Position numbers and translations under genes: made by a program. Source: Myxococcota bacterium (GTDB lineage Bacteria; Myxococcota_A; UBA796; UBA2385). From it: a DNA stretch of 64,000 bases. Position 1 is the stretch's first letter; each line of letters begins with the position of its first letter. The notes under the pieces are model-generated. The model had not been told where the DNA came from. It was given only the letters and a program-made list of their open reading frames with translations, and searched no databases. Location: positions 1-64,000 of the forward strand of contig JBIJDH010000004.1 in the NCBI GenBank assembly GCA_044344255.1, in the 5' to 3' direction. Positions 19,316 through 29,707 of this stretch are shown piece by piece.

Positions 19316-19642
19316 TCAAGAGAGCATCTCGGAGAGGAGGTTGTAGGTCTCGGCCTCGGAGTCGGTGATGTGCCCGTCGGCGGCCGTCATGGCGAGGGCG
19401 GACTCCAGAAAGATCTTGCGATGCTCGGGCGGCACCAGCATCGGATCGACCTCGTCGGGCGGGGGCGGGTGCTGGAGCCAGCCCTCGACGAGCTGCGCCT
19501 CTTCGGGGCTCAAGTGGAGGCGTCGCACCATCCGGTGCACAAAGTCGCGCTCCTCCTGACCGATTCGAAGATCGGCCCAGGCGAAGGAGCAGACGAATTT
19601 CATGAGCTGGAGCCGGTCTTCGGGGCTCATGTTCTGGGTCAT
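19316..19642 (-). CDS. TerB family protein
   Basis: FAWADLRIGQEE and MTAADGHITDSE duplicated ADG..E motifs. Confidence 0.85.
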   Translation of the reverse strand: MTQNMSPEDRLQLMKFVCSFAWADLRIGQEERDFVHRMVRRLHLSPEEAQLVEGWLQHPPPPDEVDPMLVPPEHRKIFLESALAMTAADGHITDSEAETYNLLSEMLS

Positions 19643-19736
19643 GGACGGACCTCGGGGGGAAGTGGAGGGTGAGGGTGAGGGGAGGCGGGGTCAGAGGGGG
19701 CGACAGGAGGGGACGGGGACGGCCGGGGTTTGCCCC

Positions 19737-20927
19737 TCATCGGGCCAGGACGCGGCGCCGACGCTTGATGTGCTCACGGAGGGAGAGGATGTCGACGTCT
19801 TCGTCGGGAGACCAGGTGATCTCTCGGTCTTCGTGGTGGTGCCACTTCAGGAAGGCGAGACGGATGAGGTCGTGGTCGAGGCTCCGGGCCCGCCACCAGA
19901 ACAGGGGCCCTCGCGTGAAGAAGCGGCGAATGCCCGTCCATAGGCGGCGCCTGGCGGGGACGAGGCGCTGTGCCTCGACGGGCAGCACGACGTCCTTCGG
20001 CTCGCCCTCCAGGTGGAGGCGGATGATGCGGTTCTCGTGGCGCCAAACGAAGAGCACGACCAGCAGCAGCAGGAAGACGAAGGGGAGCTGGAGCACGAGG
20101 ATCGCCAGCGGGATGGAGATGAGCAACACCCCGGCCTCGGAGTGTTGTCCGGTGATCCCGACGAAGACATTGACGAAGGTGTTCCAGAGGAAGTGAGCGA
20201 ACATCGCCGTCCCCCAGAACATCGGCACGAAGGCCCACCGCAGGATGCCGCGGCGCAAGACTCGCACGATGCCGAAGCCGAGGCCGGTGAGGCCGGTGTA
20301 GGCCACGTGGCTGGTGACGCCGTTCATCACGCCGCGGAGGAAGGTGAGCTTCAGCATGCCCTCCGGGCCGCCCTCGCTCGCGCTCACGTAGTACAGGATG
20401 TTCTCGAACCAGGCGAAGCCGAGCCCGACGAGCGCGCCGTAGAGGATGCCGTCGAGCACGTTGTCGAATTCGCGCTTGAACAGGAGGAAGATCAGGAAGA
20501 CCGCGGCTCCCTTCGTGAGCTCCTCGAAGAAGGGGGCGGCGAAGGAGGCGGTGGCCTGGTTGGCGAGGGCGGCGTTGCGCAGCCAGCCTTGCATCACGAG
20601 GCCGAAGCTCGTGTTTCCCACCAGCGACAGCGTGGTGGCGACCGTGGCTCCCCACATGAACGCGGTGGCGATGAGGTAGGTGGGCTCTCGTTCGTTCCGA
20701 TCGAACCAGAGGAGCACGATGAAGTAGGGCACCGCCGTGGCGGTCGCGAGGAAGGTCGCCAGCAAGAAAACGGCGGGGCCGCCAGCGAAGGTCGTGCCCG
20801 CGAAGAGCCCGCTGCAGGCGAGGCAGCAGAAGAAGAAGACCACGAGCACGCTGAGGCAGCCGTAGCGGAGGAACCAGTAGCTCCTGCGCCGCTGCAGGCG
20901 GGCTCGGGGAGGGGGCGCGGCGTCCAT
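19737..20927 (-). CDS. PrsW family intramembrane protease
   Basis: DRNEREP, APFFEELTKG, FAWFENILY, H..YTG, HFLWN. Confidence 0.92.
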   Translation of the reverse strand: MDAAPPPRARLQRRRSYWFLRYGCLSVLVVFFFCCLACSGLFAGTTFAGGPAVFLLATFLATATAVPYFIVLLWFDRNEREPTYLIATAFMWGATVATTLSLVGNTSFGLVMQGWLRNAALANQATASFAAPFFEELTKGAAVFLIFLLFKREFDNVLDGILYGALVGLGFAWFENILYYVSASEGGPEGMLKLTFLRGVMNGVTSHVAYTGLTGLGFGIVRVLRRGILRWAFVPMFWGTAMFAHFLWNTFVNVFVGITGQHSEAGVLLISIPLAILVLQLPFVFLLLLVVLFVWRHENRIIRLHLEGEPKDVVLPVEAQRLVPARRRLWTGIRRFFTRGPLFWWRARSLDHDLIRLAFLKWHHHEDREITWSPDEDVDILSLREHIKRRRRVLAR

Positions 20928-21058
20928 GGGGCGTCTCGGGGCTGGCGAAGGTCCACGGTATGCCATTCTTGGCCGCTCCGGAAGCGGGCTCCACCTCCCT
21001 GGACGCGCCACGGGCACCGCCGGGGACCGGCGCCGCCCGCGCCGGAATAGGGGGCCGA

Positions 21059-22045
21059 ATGGCGTTGAACCCGATTCGATCGATCAAGCTGCCCATCATC
21101 CTCGGCGCCATCACCGTGGTGCTCAGCCTCGCGCTGATGGTCGGCTGGATCGCGGTGATCGTCCGCAACATCGCGCTCTCCGAGCAGGTGGCGGAGCAGG
21201 GCACCGCGGGAACCTGGCTACTCGTGGCCGGGATCGTCTCGATCGTGGTCATCGTCGGCGTGCTCGTGATGTTCAGCGTCTTCCTCGTGCGCGAGGCACG
21301 CGAGGGTCGGCGCCAGGTGGGCTTCATCGACTCGGTCACCCACGAGCTGAAGAGCCCACTGGCCTCGCTCAAGCTCTGCGTTCAGACCCTCGAGCTCCGG
21401 GAGCTGGCCCCGGCTCAGCGCGCCCAGATCCACCAGATGATGCTCGACGACATCGACCGGCTGAACACCTTCATCGATGACATCCTGGTGGCGAGCCGGA
21501 TCGGACAAGGCGAGGCCGAGGGGGTGGTCGAGGTGGTCTACCTCCGAGAGCTGGTCCATCGGGTGGCCGCGCGCATCCGCGTCCGCCACCGCATCGATGA
21601 GGCGGCGATCGCCGTCGTCGTGCCGGCGGAGCTGCGCATCGTGACGGAGGCGACCGCCCTCGAGACGGTGCTGGGCAACCTGCTCGACAACGCCGTGAAA
21701 TACTCGAATCAGCCGGTGTCGGTCAGCGTTCGGGGTGTCGTCAAGCCGCGGGGGCGGCTCGAGATCACCGTCACGGATCGCGGCATCGGCGTACCAGAGG
21801 CTGATCTCCGGCGGATCTTCGAGCGCTTCTACCGATCCTCCACCGAGGATGTGCGCACTCGCCGAGGCACGGGCCTTGGCCTGTACGTCGCCTCCTCACT
21901 GGTCAAGAACCTCGGGGGGACCCTAACGGCGGACTCCCCCGGCCGAGGCCTCGGAACGACCCTCCGCTTTGAGCTGCCGATCGGCGAGCTCGATCGCCCG
22001 CCCAACCGTCGGCCCCCGCGCGCGATGGAGACTGGACCCCTATGA
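21059..22045 (+). CDS. Two-TM sensor histidine kinase
   Basis: THELKSPL H-box, NLLDNAVKYS, DRGIG, FERFY, GTGLGL. Confidence 0.95.
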   Translation: MALNPIRSIKLPIILGAITVVLSLALMVGWIAVIVRNIALSEQVAEQGTAGTWLLVAGIVSIVVIVGVLVMFSVFLVREAREGRRQVGFIDSVTHELKSPLASLKLCVQTLELRELAPAQRAQIHQMMLDDIDRLNTFIDDILVASRIGQGEAEGVVEVVYLRELVHRVAARIRVRHRIDEAAIAVVVPAELRIVTEATALETVLGNLLDNAVKYSNQPVSVSVRGVVKPRGRLEITVTDRGIGVPEADLRRIFERFYRSSTEDVRTRRGTGLGLYVASSLVKNLGGTLTADSPGRGLGTTLRFELPIGELDRPPNRRPPRAMETGPL

Positions 22046-22788
22046 CCGGCCGACTTTTGCTCGTAGAAGATGAGCACCACCTCGCGACCGGGCTGAAGCT
22101 CAACTTCGAATTCGAGGGCTTCGCGGTGGATATCGCCGGGACCGCGCGTGAAGCGATGGCGGCGCTTGCGGTGCGGCAGCCCTACGATCTGCTGCTGCTC
22201 GACGTCACCCTCCCCGATCTCGATGGATTTGAGCTCTGTGAGCGCATCCGCCGATCCGGCAACTTCACGCCGATCGTGATGCTGACCGCTCGAGCCAGCG
22301 CCGAAGACCGCATCACCGGGCTCGAGTCGGGCGCTGATGACTACCTCACCAAGCCCTTCGAGCTGGAAGAGCTGGTGGCCAGGGTGCGCTCCCAGCTCCG
22401 ACGTCGCCGTTGGGACGCGGTGGGGGAGGGGGTCGCCGCCCACGCCGCCGGGGACACGCTGCGCTTCGGCCGGGCCATCATCCACTTCGACCGGCACGAG
22501 GTGATCGTCGGGGGAGAGCCGGTCAAGCTCACCCGCCTCGAGCTGGATCTCGTGCGGTTTCTCGCCGAGAACGCCGGGCGGGTGGTGAGCCGCGACGAGC
22601 TCCTCCAAGAGGTCTGGAAGCTCCGGAATTGGCCGAACACGCGCACAGTTGACAATTTCTTGTTGCGCCTGCGCCGACACTTCGAGGTTGATCCGGCAAA
22701 CCCCGTCCACTTCCTCTCTGTGCGTGGCTCCGGCTACAAGTTCGTCCGCGGCCCGTCGACCGAGGCTGGCCCCGACGGGACCGCCTGA
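22042..22788 (+). CDS. OmpR/PhoB family response regulator
   Basis: LLVEDE, LLDVTLP, GADDYLTKPF; winged helix RTVDNF..LRR, VRGSGYKF. Confidence 0.95.
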   Translation: MTGRLLLVEDEHHLATGLKLNFEFEGFAVDIAGTAREAMAALAVRQPYDLLLLDVTLPDLDGFELCERIRRSGNFTPIVMLTARASAEDRITGLESGADDYLTKPFELEELVARVRSQLRRRRWDAVGEGVAAHAAGDTLRFGRAIIHFDRHEVIVGGEPVKLTRLELDLVRFLAENAGRVVSRDELLQEVWKLRNWPNTRTVDNFLLRLRRHFEVDPANPVHFLSVRGSGYKFVRGPSTEAGPDGTA

Positions 22789-22821
22789 GGGCATGGGATA
22801 GGGCGCCCGCGGGAGGTCGAC

Positions 22822-23205
22822 ATGGACACAGCGGCAGGCAGCAGCGTGGGGAGCGGCGGGGGCAGCGGGTCGGGGACGGTCTCCGGCATGGAGGCGCGGA
22901 TCCGCGCGAAGATCGAGGTCGCGCTGAGGCCGGCGCACCTCGAGGTGCTCAACGAGAGCCACAAGCACAACGTGCCCGCCGGCTCGGAGTCGCATTGGAA
23001 CTTGATCATCGTCTCGGAGCACTTCGAGGGGCGCCGCCTCGTCGCTCGTCACCGCGCGGTCTATGACACGCTCGGCGATGAGCTGCGCGGCGGCATTCAC
23101 GCCCTCGCGCTGAAGACGCTCAGCCCCGCCGAGTGGGCGGCCAGCGGCGGCGCGACCGCGAACCCGTCGCCCCCCTGCCTCGGCGGTTCGAAGTCCGACG
23201 GGTGA
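22822..23205 (+). CDS. bolA: BolA family protein
   Basis: LEVLNESHKHNVPAGSESH, F.G...V.RHR.VY, IHALAL, SPPCLGG. Confidence 0.93.
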   Translation: MDTAAGSSVGSGGGSGSGTVSGMEARIRAKIEVALRPAHLEVLNESHKHNVPAGSESHWNLIIVSEHFEGRRLVARHRAVYDTLGDELRGGIHALALKTLSPAEWAASGGATANPSPPCLGGSKSDG

Positions 23206-23233
23206 GGGGCCCCTCGCCGACCGAGCGGCGCCC

Positions 23234-24304
23234 TCAGTGCCGCCGAGCGACCCGGGCGATGCCCTCGGGGGTCGCAGGCACCACGCCGGCCTCGGTGATG
23301 ATGCCGGCGATGAGGTGCGCGGGGGTGACGTCGAAGGCCGGGTTGTGGACGGGGGCCGCAGCAGGGGTGGTCAGCACCCGCGTGAAGCGGCCCTCGTCGG
23401 TCCAGCCCCAGGTGTAGCGGACCTCGTCGCCGTCGCGCTCCTCGATGGGGATGTGCTCGCCGGACGGGCAGTCGGGATCAATCGTGGTGGTGGGGGCGGC
23501 GACATAGAAGGGGATGCCGTTGGCGGCGGCGCAGACCGCCGAAGAGTAGGTGCCCACCTTGTTGGCGACGTCGCCGTTGGCGGCGATGCGGTCCGAGCCG
23601 ACGATCACGAGGTCGATCAGGCCCTTGTGCATCAGCCAGCCGGTGGCGTTGTCGGGGATGATCGCGTGTGGCACGCCCTCCTGGGCGAGCTCCCAGGCGG
23701 TGAGCCGGCCGCCCTGGCCGCGCGGGCGGGTCTCGTCGGCGTACACGAAGACCCGCTTGCCGGAGCGATGGGCCACATAGATCGGCGAGAGGGCGCTGCC
23801 CCAGTCTACGAAGGCCAGCCAGCCGGCGTTGCAGTGGGTGTTGACCCGAGCGTTGTCGGGGATGAGCGGGGCGCCGTGCTCACCGATGGACTTGCAGCAG
23901 GCCGCGTCGTCGTCGGCCATCGCCTCGGCGGCGGCGACGGCGGCGGCGCGGGCGCGGGACACCTGGTCGCCCTCGGCCTCGATGGCCCGCAGCACGGTGT
24001 TGATGCCGTAGAAGAGGTTCTGCGCCGTCGGGCGGGTGCGTCGGAGGGTATTGGCGGCGTCGGCGATGTAGGCGTGGAAGCTGGCCTCGGGGGCCTCGAG
24101 GGCGGCCTGCGCCATGCCATACGCGCCGGTGGCGCCGATGGCCCCGGCGCCGCGCACCACCATTGTCTGGATGGCGACCGCGGTCTCGCGGTGGTTGGCC
24201 AGGCCGACGATCTTGAATTCGAGCGGGATCAGGTTCTGTTCGATCATGCGCAAGGTCTGGCCCTCGAGCCAGACGGTGCGGGTGGGCTTGCCTTCGACGA
24301 GCAT
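23234..24304 (-). CDS. mtnA: S-methyl-5-thioribose-1-phosphate isomerase
   Basis: MVVRGAGAIG, RPTAQNL, THCNAG, DETRP..QG..LTAWEL, NGDVANKVGTY, NPAFDVTP. Confidence 0.95.
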   Translation of the reverse strand: MLVEGKPTRTVWLEGQTLRMIEQNLIPLEFKIVGLANHRETAVAIQTMVVRGAGAIGATGAYGMAQAALEAPEASFHAYIADAANTLRRTRPTAQNLFYGINTVLRAIEAEGDQVSRARAAAVAAAEAMADDDAACCKSIGEHGAPLIPDNARVNTHCNAGWLAFVDWGSALSPIYVAHRSGKRVFVYADETRPRGQGGRLTAWELAQEGVPHAIIPDNATGWLMHKGLIDLVIVGSDRIAANGDVANKVGTYSSAVCAAANGIPFYVAAPTTTIDPDCPSGEHIPIEERDGDEVRYTWGWTDEGRFTRVLTTPAAAPVHNPAFDVTPAHLIAGIITEAGVVPATPEGIARVARRH

Positions 24305-24350
24305 CGTTCCTCCCGGGGGAGCGGGCCGCTAAGCCGCGGCGGGAGGAGGG

Positions 24351-25388
24351 TCAATCCCTGGGCGTGGCGCCTCCTCCCGGCCCCGCGAGGGGCGCGACGC
24401 GGACCGGCGGCGGCGTCCAGCGGAGGCGGCCCTCTTCGCCCACGCGGTAACGAAGCCAGCCCATGTAGTTCTCCCTCCACCATTCCTCTAGGCCCATGTG
24501 GGCGAGGTGGCCGTCGATGAGCGGTCGGTAGGCGCCATCTCCGTAGAGGCGACCGGAGACCCAGTCCCGCACCGAGAAGTCCTGACCGTCCCAGAGCGCG
24601 TACTGAGCGGAGCTGAAGGTCCAGGAGCCCGTGTTGATGTAGGTCCGTTCGGGGCCGATCTCCACCCTCCCGGGCATGTGCGAGTGTCCGGCGACGAGGA
24701 AGCGGTAGGGGCTCGCGGGCATCCAGTCCTTGACCCCCTCATACATGAGACCAGGGTCTCCGATCTGGTTCAAGGCCCAATATCGGACAAACATCCGCAG
24801 GTCGGCGAACCACTCGGGGTGGCCTTGGGCGGCCGCCATGCGGGACAGCGTCGAGACGAGCCAAGAGAACTTGTGAAAGATCCAGAAGGTCGCACGGTTG
24901 GGCAGCGTGTAGAAGTCGTCGAGGGGGAGCCTGATCCAGGAGCCCAGCATCCGCTCGACGAGGTGGTGCCCCATCGTCATCATGTGGCTGCCCTCGAGGT
25001 GAGGGCCGATGTAGGGGTCGAATTGGTAGCCATGCTGGACCAGGATGCGGTCGCCCACGTGGAGCGTCGAGCAGACGTCGAAGCGGAGCAGGTCTCGGAA
25101 GAGCGAGATGTCGTAGTCGTGATTGCCCCAGATGTAGGTGACGCCGTGGGTCTCGGCGTGCCGGGAGAGCTCGCCCATCAGGCGGGCGTGGGCCTTGAGC
25201 ACCCGGCTGATCGAGATGGCCTGGTGCAGATCGATGAAGTCGCCCGCGATGACGAGCTGGGCGCCCTCGTTCCGCACGTGCTGGAGCAGGGCGATGAGCT
25301 CGCGGTCCTTGCCGAGGAAGGCGTCGGAGCGACTGCCGTCGCCGAGGTGGAGGTCGCTGATGAAGTAGATGCGCCGATCGGCGGTCAT
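24351..25388 (-). CDS. Calcineurin-like metallophosphoesterase (LpxH-like family)
   Basis: ISDLHLG, GDFID, GNHD, HG, GHSH, YINTGSW. Confidence 0.87.
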   Translation of the reverse strand: MTADRRIYFISDLHLGDGSRSDAFLGKDRELIALLQHVRNEGAQLVIAGDFIDLHQAISISRVLKAHARLMGELSRHAETHGVTYIWGNHDYDISLFRDLLRFDVCSTLHVGDRILVQHGYQFDPYIGPHLEGSHMMTMGHHLVERMLGSWIRLPLDDFYTLPNRATFWIFHKFSWLVSTLSRMAAAQGHPEWFADLRMFVRYWALNQIGDPGLMYEGVKDWMPASPYRFLVAGHSHMPGRVEIGPERTYINTGSWTFSSAQYALWDGQDFSVRDWVSGRLYGDGAYRPLIDGHLAHMGLEEWWRENYMGWLRYRVGEEGRLRWTPPPVRVAPLAGPGGGATPRD

Positions 25389-25527
25389 GGACCGGGTGAC
25401 TTCGAGCGGCGCAGCGTGAGCCCACGACATCAACGGCATGTGCAGCACATGGGCGAGACCCCTCCTCCCACCCCCAGCAGCGAGGGTGCGCCTCGTCACT
25501 CTACCTCTGCCGGGCTACCTCCGCCCG

Positions 25528-26142
25528 ATGCCGAGCCTCGTCGTCCGCCGCCCGCCTGTCGATCCCGTTGTCCTGATCGGGAGCTTCCCCGCGGAGGTGC
25601 CCCCGACCGATCTGCCGGAGGTCGCCTTCGCCGGGCGCTCCAACGTCGGCAAGTCGAGCGCGCTCAACGCGCTGCTCAACCAGCGGGGGGTGGCGCGGGT
25701 GAGCCGCACGCCGGGGCGCACCCAGCTCATCAACCTCTTTCGGATCAACGATCGGCTCGTGTTCACCGATCTCCCCGGCTACGGCTTCGCCAAGGTCCCG
25801 GGCGAGATCCACGCCGGCTGGAAGGGCATGATCGAGACCTACCTCGCCGAGCGCGAGGAGCTCTGCCTGATCGTGGTCTTCGTCGACTGTCGACACGAGG
25901 CCCAGCCGCTCGATCTCGACCTCGTGGTCGGCCTGCGCGAGGCCGAGTTGCCCCACGTCGTGGTCGCCACGAAGGTGGACAAGCTCACCCGCAACGCGCG
26001 GAAGGGGCAGCTCTCCAAGCTGGCGCGGGGGCTCGGCGTGGCGCCGGAGGATCTGCTGCCCTTCTCCAGTCAGACCATGGAGGGGGTCGAGGACCTCTGG
26101 CGGATGATCCAGGGCTCTACCAAGGCGCGCACCGCCACCTGA
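25528..26142 (+). CDS. engB: Ribosome biogenesis GTPase YihA/YsxC
   Basis: GRSNVGKSS, SRTPGRTQ, DLPGYG, TKVDK. Confidence 0.96.
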   Translation: MPSLVVRRPPVDPVVLIGSFPAEVPPTDLPEVAFAGRSNVGKSSALNALLNQRGVARVSRTPGRTQLINLFRINDRLVFTDLPGYGFAKVPGEIHAGWKGMIETYLAEREELCLIVVFVDCRHEAQPLDLDLVVGLREAELPHVVVATKVDKLTRNARKGQLSKLARGLGVAPEDLLPFSSQTMEGVEDLWRMIQGSTKARTAT

Positions 26143-26185
26143 ACCACCGGAGCCACTTGAGCCGGCGCCGGTGGGCGGGGTCTGC

Positions 26186-28285
26186 TCAGTAGGGGTTGCC
26201 CGGCACGCGCACGATGATGTCGAGGGTGTCGAGCAGCACGGTGTCGTCGCCGATCACGTTCAGCGAGAGGCGGAAGAGCTGGTCTTCCGTGGTCGCCGCC
26301 ACCACGCCGCGGAAGGCGAGGGTGAACTGGATGACCTGGCTGCCGCCGCTGGTGTCGATGTCGGTGAAGTACTCGGGATCGACGCCGGTGACGAAGCCCC
26401 AGTCGTCCCCTTGGATGTCGAGGGCGACCTTGCTGAACTTGATCGAGCTCACGAGATCTTCGATGGCGCCAGTGATCGTCGTCTGGAAGGCGGTTGAGCT
26501 GCCGGTCCACTTGAAGGCCAAGGGATCGTCGGAGGCACCGTCGCCGTCGGTGTCGGCGTAGGAGCTGGTGTCGGCGGCGAGCTGCAGCATCTGGGTGTAG
26601 GGCGTGGACGTGTAGTTGTTCACCTGCACGCCGATGAGGTAGCCGCCGAGCGCGCCCATCGCGGCGATGACGTCGGTGCGGCCCGCGTCTTGGGGGCAGC
26701 CGCCCGGGACGCCGTAGCCGCCGTCGGCGTCGCGCAGATCGTAGTCCGTGGCGTAGACGATGACGGGGAGCGCGTAGTCGCGGAAGCCGAAGCCGCCGAT
26801 AGCACCACCGCCCGTCCAGGAGCTGCTGTAGCCCTGGCCCGCGCCGCCGCCGAAGGGATCCGTGCTCGACGACAGGAAGGGCAGCACGTCCTCGGTGGGA
26901 GAGTAGTTGCCGTCGCAGCCCATGTCGTAGCCGATGCCGGCCGCGCCCTGGAGGATGGCCTCCATGCCCGACTCCGGCCCGTCGCCGCCGTAGTGGATGG
27001 CCACCTGGGTGGAGAGCACGCTCTGCACCTGGCTCACGTTGTCGGTGACCTGCTGGCGCATGTAGAAGGGCTTGTCGCTCGAAGAGGCGTAGCCGTAGCC
27101 GCAGCAAGCGTAGTCGTCGTAGGTGCCGACGGCGTACTCGGCGTCGGGGATGGTCGAGGCCAGGGTGGTGACGATGTTGGAGAACTCGGCCGCCATCGCG
27201 TTGGCCGTGCTGCCCATCGAGCCCGTGGTGTCGATCACGAAGGCGATGTCGCCCATCTGGATCTGGAGGGTGAAGTCGAAGACCTCCTCCACCTCGGTGC
27301 GCTCCGGCACCTCGACGTAGATGCCGTCGACCACGGAGGTCTCGTCGAGGGGGTCAGTCTCGGCGGTGATCTCGCCGCCGTCCGAGAAGCCGTCGCCGTC
27401 GGAGTCGGGGTCAAAGGGGTCGGTGCCGTAGGTGTCACGCTCCTCGGCGTCGGAGAGGGCGTCGCCGTCAGAGTCCGTGTCCTCGAAGTCGAAGAGGCCG
27501 TCCCCGTCGAGGTCGCGGGGGGCGCTCCCCTCGGTGGTGACGCCGGACTCCTCTCGGTCGGTGAAGCCGTCGCCGTCGGAGTCGAGGTCACGGAAGTCGG
27601 GGGTGCCGTCGCCATCGGTGTCGACCGGGTCGCCGTCCCACTCGGTGGTGCCGGCCTCGAAGATGTCGTAGACGCCGTCGCCGTCGGAGTCGAGATCTTG
27701 GTAGTCCGAGGTGCCGTCGCCGTCGGTGTCGGGCGGCAGGCAGTCGGCGCCGATCTCGTTGACGTCGGGGATGCCGTCGCCGTCGTTGTCGGCGTCGGCG
27801 TAGTCGTACTGACCGTCGAGGTCGAGGTCGCGCGGGCCGTCGCCGGTGGGCATCTTCTCGTCGATGTCGCCCACGCAGTTGTTGTCGCTGTCGAGGTCGA
27901 GGTAGTCCGAGGTGCCGTCGCTGTCGGAGTCGATGGGCAAGGTGAGGGGATCGGCGTCCCCGGCCTCGAGACGATCCTTGATGGTGTCGCCGTCGGCGTC
28001 GTCGTCGTCCTTGTTGGCGAGCCCGTCACCGTCGGTGTCGTCGCTGCCCTCGTGGATGTCGAGGATCGTGTCGCCGTCGGCGTCATCGTAGTGGGTCTCG
28101 ACCTCGCCGCTCGAGCCGGTGTCGCTCTCTTTGGGCGCCACCGCCTCCGAGCAGCCCGCGAGGGCGATCAAGGAGATCATGCCGAGGAGCTGCAGACCCT
28201 TGGTGAGGGCCGTGGACGGGGCCTGTGCGGAGAGTGAAGCGTGATCGCCCCGAATTCGGGAATGAGTCTGAATCGGGGTCGTCAC
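26186..28285 (-). CDS. Lipoprotein with thrombospondin type-3-like Ca-binding repeats and a beta-integrin-like VWA domain
   Basis: Lipobox LAGC; over a dozen DxDxDG repeats; [44 protein letters not shown]. Confidence 0.88.
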   Translation of the reverse strand: MTTPIQTHSRIRGDHASLSAQAPSTALTKGLQLLGMISLIALAGCSEAVAPKESDTGSSGEVETHYDDADGDTILDIHEGSDDTDGDGLANKDDDDADGDTIKDRLEAGDADPLTLPIDSDSDGTSDYLDLDSDNNCVGDIDEKMPTGDGPRDLDLDGQYDYADADNDGDGIPDVNEIGADCLPPDTDGDGTSDYQDLDSDGDGVYDIFEAGTTEWDGDPVDTDGDGTPDFRDLDSDGDGFTDREESGVTTEGSAPRDLDGDGLFDFEDTDSDGDALSDAEERDTYGTDPFDPDSDGDGFSDGGEITAETDPLDETSVVDGIYVEVPERTEVEEVFDFTLQIQMGDIAFVIDTTGSMGSTANAMAAEFSNIVTTLASTIPDAEYAVGTYDDYACCGYGYASSSDKPFYMRQQVTDNVSQVQSVLSTQVAIHYGGDGPESGMEAILQGAAGIGYDMGCDGNYSPTEDVLPFLSSSTDPFGGGAGQGYSSSWTGGGAIGGFGFRDYALPVIVYATDYDLRDADGGYGVPGGCPQDAGRTDVIAAMGALGGYLIGVQVNNYTSTPYTQMLQLAADTSSYADTDGDGASDDPLAFKWTGSSTAFQTTITGAIEDLVSSIKFSKVALDIQGDDWGFVTGVDPEYFTDIDTSGGSQVIQFTLAFRGVVAATTEDQLFRLSLNVIGDDTVLLDTLDIIVRVPGNPY

Positions 28286-28317
28286 AAAGCACCTCGCTGG
28301 CCACGTTGCTGTTCAAC

Positions 28318-28351
28318 AGGCTACCGGAGCGGAGGGGCGATTGTCAATCGC
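28318..28351 (-). promoter_or_regulatory. Sigma70-type promoter of the VWA gene, -35 inside a palindrome
   Basis: Minus strand TTGACA-N18-TAGCCT; inverted repeat GCGATTG-T-CAATCGC (28337-28351) overlaps the -35. Confidence 0.6.
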
Positions 28352-28446
28352 TGGTGTGCTTCTTTGCAGCCCGAAGGCGCTGCGCGAGAGCCGGCCGGTG
28401 TATACGCGGGGCTCCCTGAGGGGCGCCGGGTCGCCCGAAGGAGCTT

Positions 28447-29037
28447 TTGTACGTGGGAGACCGCAGCCGACCCGATCACTGGACCCGCCGGGCTCACGAC
28501 GAGGGGTACGCGGCCCGCAGCGTCTTCAAGCTCGCCGAGCTCGAGGAGCGCTTTCATGTGATCCCACGGGGAGGGCGCGTGCTGGATCTCGGCTGCAGTC
28601 CGGGGAGCTGGTCGGCCTTCGTGATCAAGCAGGCGGGGCCGGGGGCGCGCGTCGTCGGCCTCGATCGGTCGCCGACGCCCGACTACCCCGGCACCTTCGT
28701 CCTCGCGTCGGTCTACGACGTGCCCGCTGCCACGCTGCTCGAGGCCTTGGGCGGCCCGGCTGACCTCGTCCTCTCCGACATGGCGCCCAACACCTCCGGC
28801 AACCGCTTCGCCGATCATGTTCAGCAGATCGAACTGGCCACGCAGGCCAGCGAGATCGCCCTCGCGATCCTCGCTCCTGGCGGCACCTTCGTCGCCAAGG
28901 TCTTCGAAGGTGCGGACGCCCGAGGCTTCGTGGAGGGGCTGCGCGACGGCTTCACCGCCGTCAAGCGGCTCAAGCCCAAGGCGACCCGTACGGAGAGCGT
29001 GGAATTCTTCGTCGTGGCCACCGGGAGGCGGGGATGA
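28447..29037 (+). CDS. rlmE: 23S rRNA Um2552 methyltransferase RlmE/FtsJ
   Basis: GYAARSVFKL, LDLGCSPGSW, LSDMAPN, KVFEG, KPKATR.ES.E (K-D-K-E tetrad). Confidence 0.93.
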   Translation: MYVGDRSRPDHWTRRAHDEGYAARSVFKLAELEERFHVIPRGGRVLDLGCSPGSWSAFVIKQAGPGARVVGLDRSPTPDYPGTFVLASVYDVPAATLLEALGGPADLVLSDMAPNTSGNRFADHVQQIELATQASEIALAILAPGGTFVAKVFEGADARGFVEGLRDGFTAVKRLKPKATRTESVEFFVVATGRRG

Positions 29038-29675
29038 GCAGCCTCCGCCCGCTCGACCTCCCGACCCTCCGTGGCCTCGAGGTCGGGCTCACCGCCCGAA
29101 TGGCCCCGGCGGTGGAGCTCCCCGAGGTCTTCAGCCCGGCGGAGTGCGCGCGGATCATCGCGCTTCGAGAGTCGCTCGGCTTTGACCTGGCGCCCATCCC
29201 GACTCGCTCGACGGTCGATGGACCGCTTCGCAGCCACGTGGTCGACCGCGCGGTCCGCCGCACGGAGCGCACCCACATCCTCTCCACCCCGGACCACTCC
29301 TGGATCTACGAGCGGCTGGGCGCCTCGGTGGAGGTCGCCAACGGGCAGGCCTGGCAGTTCAAGCTCTCCTACCTGGAGCCGCTGCAGCTCCTCGCCTACC
29401 CCGAGGATGGCTGGTTCGATTGGCACAGCGATCTCGGAGATCGCGGCGTCGCCTCGCTCCGCAAGGTCTCGGCGAGCATCCTGCTCTCGGATCCCGACAC
29501 CTACGAGGGAGGCGAGCTGCAGCTGATGAACGCAGGCAAGGAGCTGGTGCCCGGCCGAAGCCAGGGCAGGGCCATCCTCTTCCCTTCCTTTCAGAACCAC
29601 CGGGTGCTGCCGGTCCGGCGCGGCACCCGGCATGTGCTCATCCTCTGGACGGTCGGCCGGCACCCTCTGCGTTGA
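29034..29675 (+). CDS. 2OG-Fe(II) oxygenase (PKHD/prolyl-hydroxylase-like)
   Basis: WHSD, RKVSASILL, YEGGEL, FPSF..HRV.PV..GTR..L..W. Confidence 0.9.
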   Translation: MSSLRPLDLPTLRGLEVGLTARMAPAVELPEVFSPAECARIIALRESLGFDLAPIPTRSTVDGPLRSHVVDRAVRRTERTHILSTPDHSWIYERLGASVEVANGQAWQFKLSYLEPLQLLAYPEDGWFDWHSDLGDRGVASLRKVSASILLSDPDTYEGGELQLMNAGKELVPGRSQGRAILFPSFQNHRVLPVRRGTRHVLILWTVGRHPLR

Positions 29676-29707
29676 GCGTGGCCCCTCCGCTGCGCTGAGC
29701 GCGGCCC

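Noticed and set aside
27340..28090. Recurring GCCGTCGCCGTCGGAGTCG-like DNA repeats as a CRISPR or REP array
   Set aside because: Degenerate, in-frame and explained by DxDGDG protein repeats; no cas genes
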